Assembly: GCF_001194135.2 (NCBI RefSeq) | Contig: NC_069005.1 | Location: 19,859,907 to 19,923,906, forward strand | Source: Octopus bimaculoides | Taxonomy: Eukaryota | Direction: 5' to 3' | Length of the DNA: 64,000 bases | Part shown: positions 60,165 to 64,000 of the stretch, piece by piece | How positions within the stretch are numbered: position 1 is the first letter of the stretch | Layout: each line of letters starts with the position of its first letter | Made by a program: the position numbers and the translations under genes | The notes under the pieces: model-generated | What the model saw: the letters and a program-made list of their open reading frames with translations, nothing else | Told to the model about the DNA's origin: nothing | Database searches by the model: none

Positions 60165-60800
60165 GGCATGACCGTGTAGTAAGAAGCTTGCTTCCCAATC
60201 ACATGGTTCTGGGTTCAGTCCCACTGCATGGCACCTTAGGCAAGTGTCTTCTACTTTAGCCTCGAGCCTACCAAAGCCTTGTGAATGGATTTGGTTGATG
60301 GAAACTGAAAGAAGCCCGTTGTGTGTGTGTGTATATATATATANNNNNNNNNNNNNNNNNNTATATATAATACAATTAAACCTTGGGAGAGGCATTATGC
60401 CGATAATAAACACACGCACTGGTTCAGTCCTTTATTAATTTATATAGTTTTTTTGTTAAATTATTTCATTGCACTCTTGCAATCTCTTCAGTAACTTGTC
60501 TCTCCACTTCCATTTATTTCAACACACGTATCCACATCAAGAATCTTGCACACGAAATACACATACGAAATATATATATAATGTTTGTACATATTTATGT
60601 GTGTGTGTCTTTGTGTTTGTCCTCTCTGCCCCATCATTTGACAACTGATGTTGGTGTGTTCGCATCCCCATAACTTAACGGTTCGGCAAAAGAGATTGAT
60701 AAAATAAGTACTAGGCTTACGAAGAATAAGTCCTGGGGTCGATTTCTTCAACTGCAAAACTCCAGCATGGCCATGGTCAAATGACTGAAACAAGTAATAG
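60165..60800 (+). mobile_element. SINE family B interrupted by a PLE-like insertion (about 60375-60590)
   Basis: The 5' half (60165-60330) and 3' half (60600-60800) flank an unrelated segment that carries a hammerhead core. Confidence 0.65.
60455..60495 (-). ncRNA. second minimal hammerhead ribozyme candidate
   Basis: The minus strand reads GTTA-CTGAAGA-G-ATTGCA-AGAG-TGCAAT-GAAA-TAATT-TAAC: intact core, 6-bp stem II and 4-bp stem I. Stem III is one nucleotide shorter than at 40258. Confidence 0.6.
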
Positions 60801-60904
60801 AAAAAAATAATAAAATAGTGTGGTTAAGTTAATTTCCAAATTAGGAACTGGAATCCTTAAGGGAGTCTGATGCCTTCAATTTTATCCTGTGAACTCCTGT
60901 TATG

Positions 60905-61200
60905 TGAAGGTGTGTGGCTTAGTGGTTAGAGTATTCGGCTTGAAACTGTGAGGTTGTGAGTTCAATACCTGGTGGAACATTGTCCTTATTTCATGTTGCT
61001 CCCGTCATTTCAGTTGGCAAAAATGAGTTGTACCTGTAATTTAAAAGGCCAGGCTTTATCACATTGTGTCATGTTGAATCTGCCTGAAAACTGTGTCAGA
61101 GTATGCCTGTCTGTGGAGTACTCAACCACTTGCATGTCAATTTCATGAGCAGGCTGTTTAGTTGATTGGCTTGACTGGAATACATGTCATTGTATCTGAT
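60905..61200 (+). mobile_element. SINE family C copy
   Basis: GGTGTGTGGCTTAGTGGTTAG...GAGTTCAATACC...GGCAAAAATGAGT. Confidence 0.65.
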
Positions 61201-62124
61201 GGAGTGTCAGTTGTATAAACTCCTCTGATGAGACTGAGGCCAAGGTGTGTTGGCTTTTTGTCCCCTTGCCCTTCTCTTAGATGACATCTGGGCACAGAAA
61301 GGGGAGCTGTGGCTTGGACAAATGTTGATCTTTCATACTAGCCTTGTCCAGGCCTACACCCTGGAGAGGACACTCTGCTATCTGTTATCTCACTACATAA
61401 CATCAACACAGACTGAAAGGAGGGTTTCCATGGTAACACAAAATATACTGATGACTAAGAGGGTGGTGGTAGTATAGGTAGTTGTTGTAGTGGTGGTGGT
61501 GGTGGTGGCGGTGGTGGCGGTGTTAGCATCAGTCACATTTATAGTGGTTATGTTGTGTTATTGTCTGTGTTATAGTGTTTGTAGCAACAGTTGCGTTGGT
61601 GATGTGGTAGTGGTGTTGATAGAAGTGATTTGGTGTAGTAGTGTTGGTAACAGTAGTGGTGGTAGCAGTGATGAAGTTTGTAAGAGTAGTGTTGTTGGTG
61701 GTGTTGGTGGTGGTGGTGGTGGTGGTGGAGGCGGTGGCAACATTTTAGTTAAGACGGATGTGGTATGTTATTTCCTTCTCTTTTGATTTGCTGCAACATT
61801 GTAAGTGAAACCAGCTGTCTTTTTAATGATGTCTTGATGATGATGATGATGATGGGGGTGTTAATGACGATGGTGGTGGTGTGGTGATGATAGTGACGAC
61901 TAGTATGATGGTGATGATGATAATGGTGGTGGTGATTGTGATGCAGGTGGTGGTCATGGTGGTAATGTCTTAACGATGATGAAGATGGTAATATCTTGAA
62001 GGAAATGATGGTGATGATGATGATAGTGACGATGATGATGATGACTGAGGCGGCCAGATGATAGCTTCTTAATTACAAACAAAGCATGTGGCACAATCAT
62101 TGCAGTTATGAATATTATTATTAT

Positions 62125-62740
62125 TATGATGAGTTGGCAGAATCGTTAGCATACTGGGCAAAGTTCTTCACAGAATTTCTTCTGATACATTACATTCTGA
62201 GTTCAAATTACACTGAAGTCAGCTTTGCCTTTTATCCTTCTAATGTCAATAAAATAAGTACCAGTCAAGTACTGGGCTCGATGCAGTTGACTTGCTCCAC
62301 TCCACAAAATTGATGGTCTTCTGCCAAAATTAGAGAGAATATTATAATGGCAAACTGGCAGAATCAGTAACATGTTGGACAAAATGCTTAGTGGCATTTC
62401 ATCTCTTTACATTGTGAGTTCAAATTCCACCAAGGTCAATTTTGCCTTCCATTCTTTCAGGGTCGATAAAATGAGTACCAGTTGAACACTGGGGTCAATG
62501 TAATCAACTTATTGCTGGCCTTGTGCTAAAATTTAAAACCATTAGTATAGCAAGCTGGGCAAAATGCTTAGTGGCATTTTGTCCATCTCTACGTTCTAAG
62601 TTCAAATTTCACTGAGGTAAACTTTGCTTTTCTTCCTTTAGGAGTCAATAAAATAAGTACCAGTTGAGGACTGGGGTTAATGTAATTTACTTATCCACTT
62701 CCCTGAACTTGCTGGCTTTGTGCCGAAATTCGAAATTATT
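62125..62740 (+). mobile_element. three head-to-tail family-A SINE copies
   Basis: The GAGTTCAAAT...TTTGC(C/T)TT...AAAAT(A/G)AGTACCAG core is repeated at about 62200, 62415 and 62600. Confidence 0.75.
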
Positions 62741-62789
62741 ATTATGTGTATGTATATGTATGTATAAATGTTGTTGTGATGTTTCAGTG

Positions 62790-63160
62790 TGTCGGCTAGG
62801 TGCATTGTGGCTTGTCACCTTGTTGCTTTCAGCTTTACATCACTGGGTGAGAGTAAGTGGTATGCTAGGCACCAAGCATTGATCTTGACTGGGAGAAGTT
62901 ATTTAACTTCATTGGCCAGTTGCTGCCCACCTGCCTTATAGGGTACACGGAGAATAGAGTACCTCCCCAGCAAAGGAGCTGTCATAAACACATCAAGCAC
63001 TAACACAAAAAGTAAGAAACCAGCATTCAGGATGAAGTCCTACTATGACAACATTCGCAAATCAATCACCATAAGCAACAAGCTCTTTTTCTCACAAGTA
63101 GACATTGCTACTCTCCAAGAGTAATCCTAAGATAATTCATTTCTCTGGTGAGGTACGGGA
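62790..63160 (+). mobile_element. possible decayed RTE-LINE 5' region (AP-endonuclease N-terminus)
   Basis: SQVDIATLQE...FLW*G resembles the RTE endonuclease motif IDIAALQET...FFW.G. The segment is short and degenerate. Confidence 0.3.
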
Positions 63161-63321
63161 AGAGTTAATTTCAAGAGTTAATTTCTAAAAACTATCACCC
63201 ACTTACCCAAGGACATACTTTCTCTGTGAAAGAATTCATCTGATAGATCTCTCAATTTTTTTCACATGTATGTCACCACACTCATTGCTGTTGGTGATAT
63301 TAAAGAAAAATTTGGGTACAG

Positions 63322-63630
63322 GCATGGCTGTATGATTAAGAAGTTCACTTCCTAACCCACATGGTTCCAGATTCAGTCCCACTGTGTGGCACCTTGGGAA
63401 AATGTCTTGTGAGTGGATTTGGTAGACAGAAACTGAAAGCAGACCATTGTGTGTGTGTGTGTGTGTGTTTGTGTAACTTAGTGGTTTGGCAAAAGTGACT
63501 GATAGAATAAGTACCAAACTAAGAAAAAAATGTAAGTCCTGGGATTGATCAGTTCGACTAAAATTCCTCAAGACGGTGCCCCACCATGGGCGCAGGCTAA
63601 TGACTGAAACAGGTTAAAGATGAAAGATAA
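63322..63630 (+). mobile_element. SINE family B, near full length
   Basis: GGCATGGCTGTATGATTAAGAAG...GATTCAGTCCCACTG...GACTGATAGAATAAGTACC...ATGACTGAAACAGGTTAAAGA. Confidence 0.72.
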
Positions 63631-63943
63631 AGACGCCCAGTGTGTTTGTGTTTGCACTTGCCACTCCACAGCTTGATAATTGGTATTGGTTTGTTTACAT
63701 CCTTGCAAGTTGGCATTTACAGTACTCTATGTTGTCTGTACTTGTTTGCCATGCTAACCACTTCACAGTGTGTCCTCGGTGCATTTTACCATGGTACCAA
63801 CACTGCAGAGGTTGCCTTGTTCCCTACAAGACCAAAGAGTTCTATTGACATCATGCCCATTCTTTCAAGGTATATATACATGTGCATGTGCATATGTGTG
63901 TGTGTGTACATACACATACCCAAACACAGACACACAAACATAT

Positions 63944-64000
<57 letters not shown>

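Noticed and set aside
61222-61260. CTGATGAG motifs here and at about 46023, 47710 and 52725
   Set aside because: None has a paired stem II followed by GAAA and a closing stem I, so these are not called hammerheads.
255-64000. Numerous [12 protein letters not shown] and HTHTHT ORFs and ORFs spanning N runs
   Set aside because: These are dinucleotide microsatellite and gap artefacts.
45985-64000. Expected paxillin LD5 and LIM-domain exons
   Set aside because: No matching coding sequence was found by eye. They probably lie beyond the window or in gaps.

Overview
This is AT-rich, microsatellite-dense animal genomic DNA with many N gaps. The SINE, RTE and Penelope repeat content is consistent with an octopus or other cephalopod; that is an inference and was not verified. 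The window covers part of a large plus-strand intron-rich gene identified as paxillin, because exon 45789-45984 encodes the LD4 motif ATRELDELMASLSEFR. Two symmetric phase-2 exons lie upstream (12945-13097 and 39046-39990). Between them is an uninterrupted reading frame of about 11 kb (16949-27964, 3671 sequenced codons) ending in a stop codon with nearby AATAAA signals. It encodes an acidic, probably disordered protein region with 7-aa and 10-aa tandem repeats and many short linear motifs. The leading hypothesis is a giant alternative terminal exon producing a LIM-less paxillin isoform, but its splice acceptor lies in an assembly gap, so a separate nested gene cannot be excluded. LD5 and LIM exons were not found and presumably lie beyond the window. 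The introns hold three SINE families, RTE LINE fragments, a DD34D mariner relic, a Tigger-like MITE and a Penelope GIY-YIG fragment. They also hold several fold-back inverted duplications and three candidate minimal type-I hammerhead ribozymes, one nearly canonical (40258-40302, minus strand). No rRNA, true tRNA gene or CRISPR array is supported.
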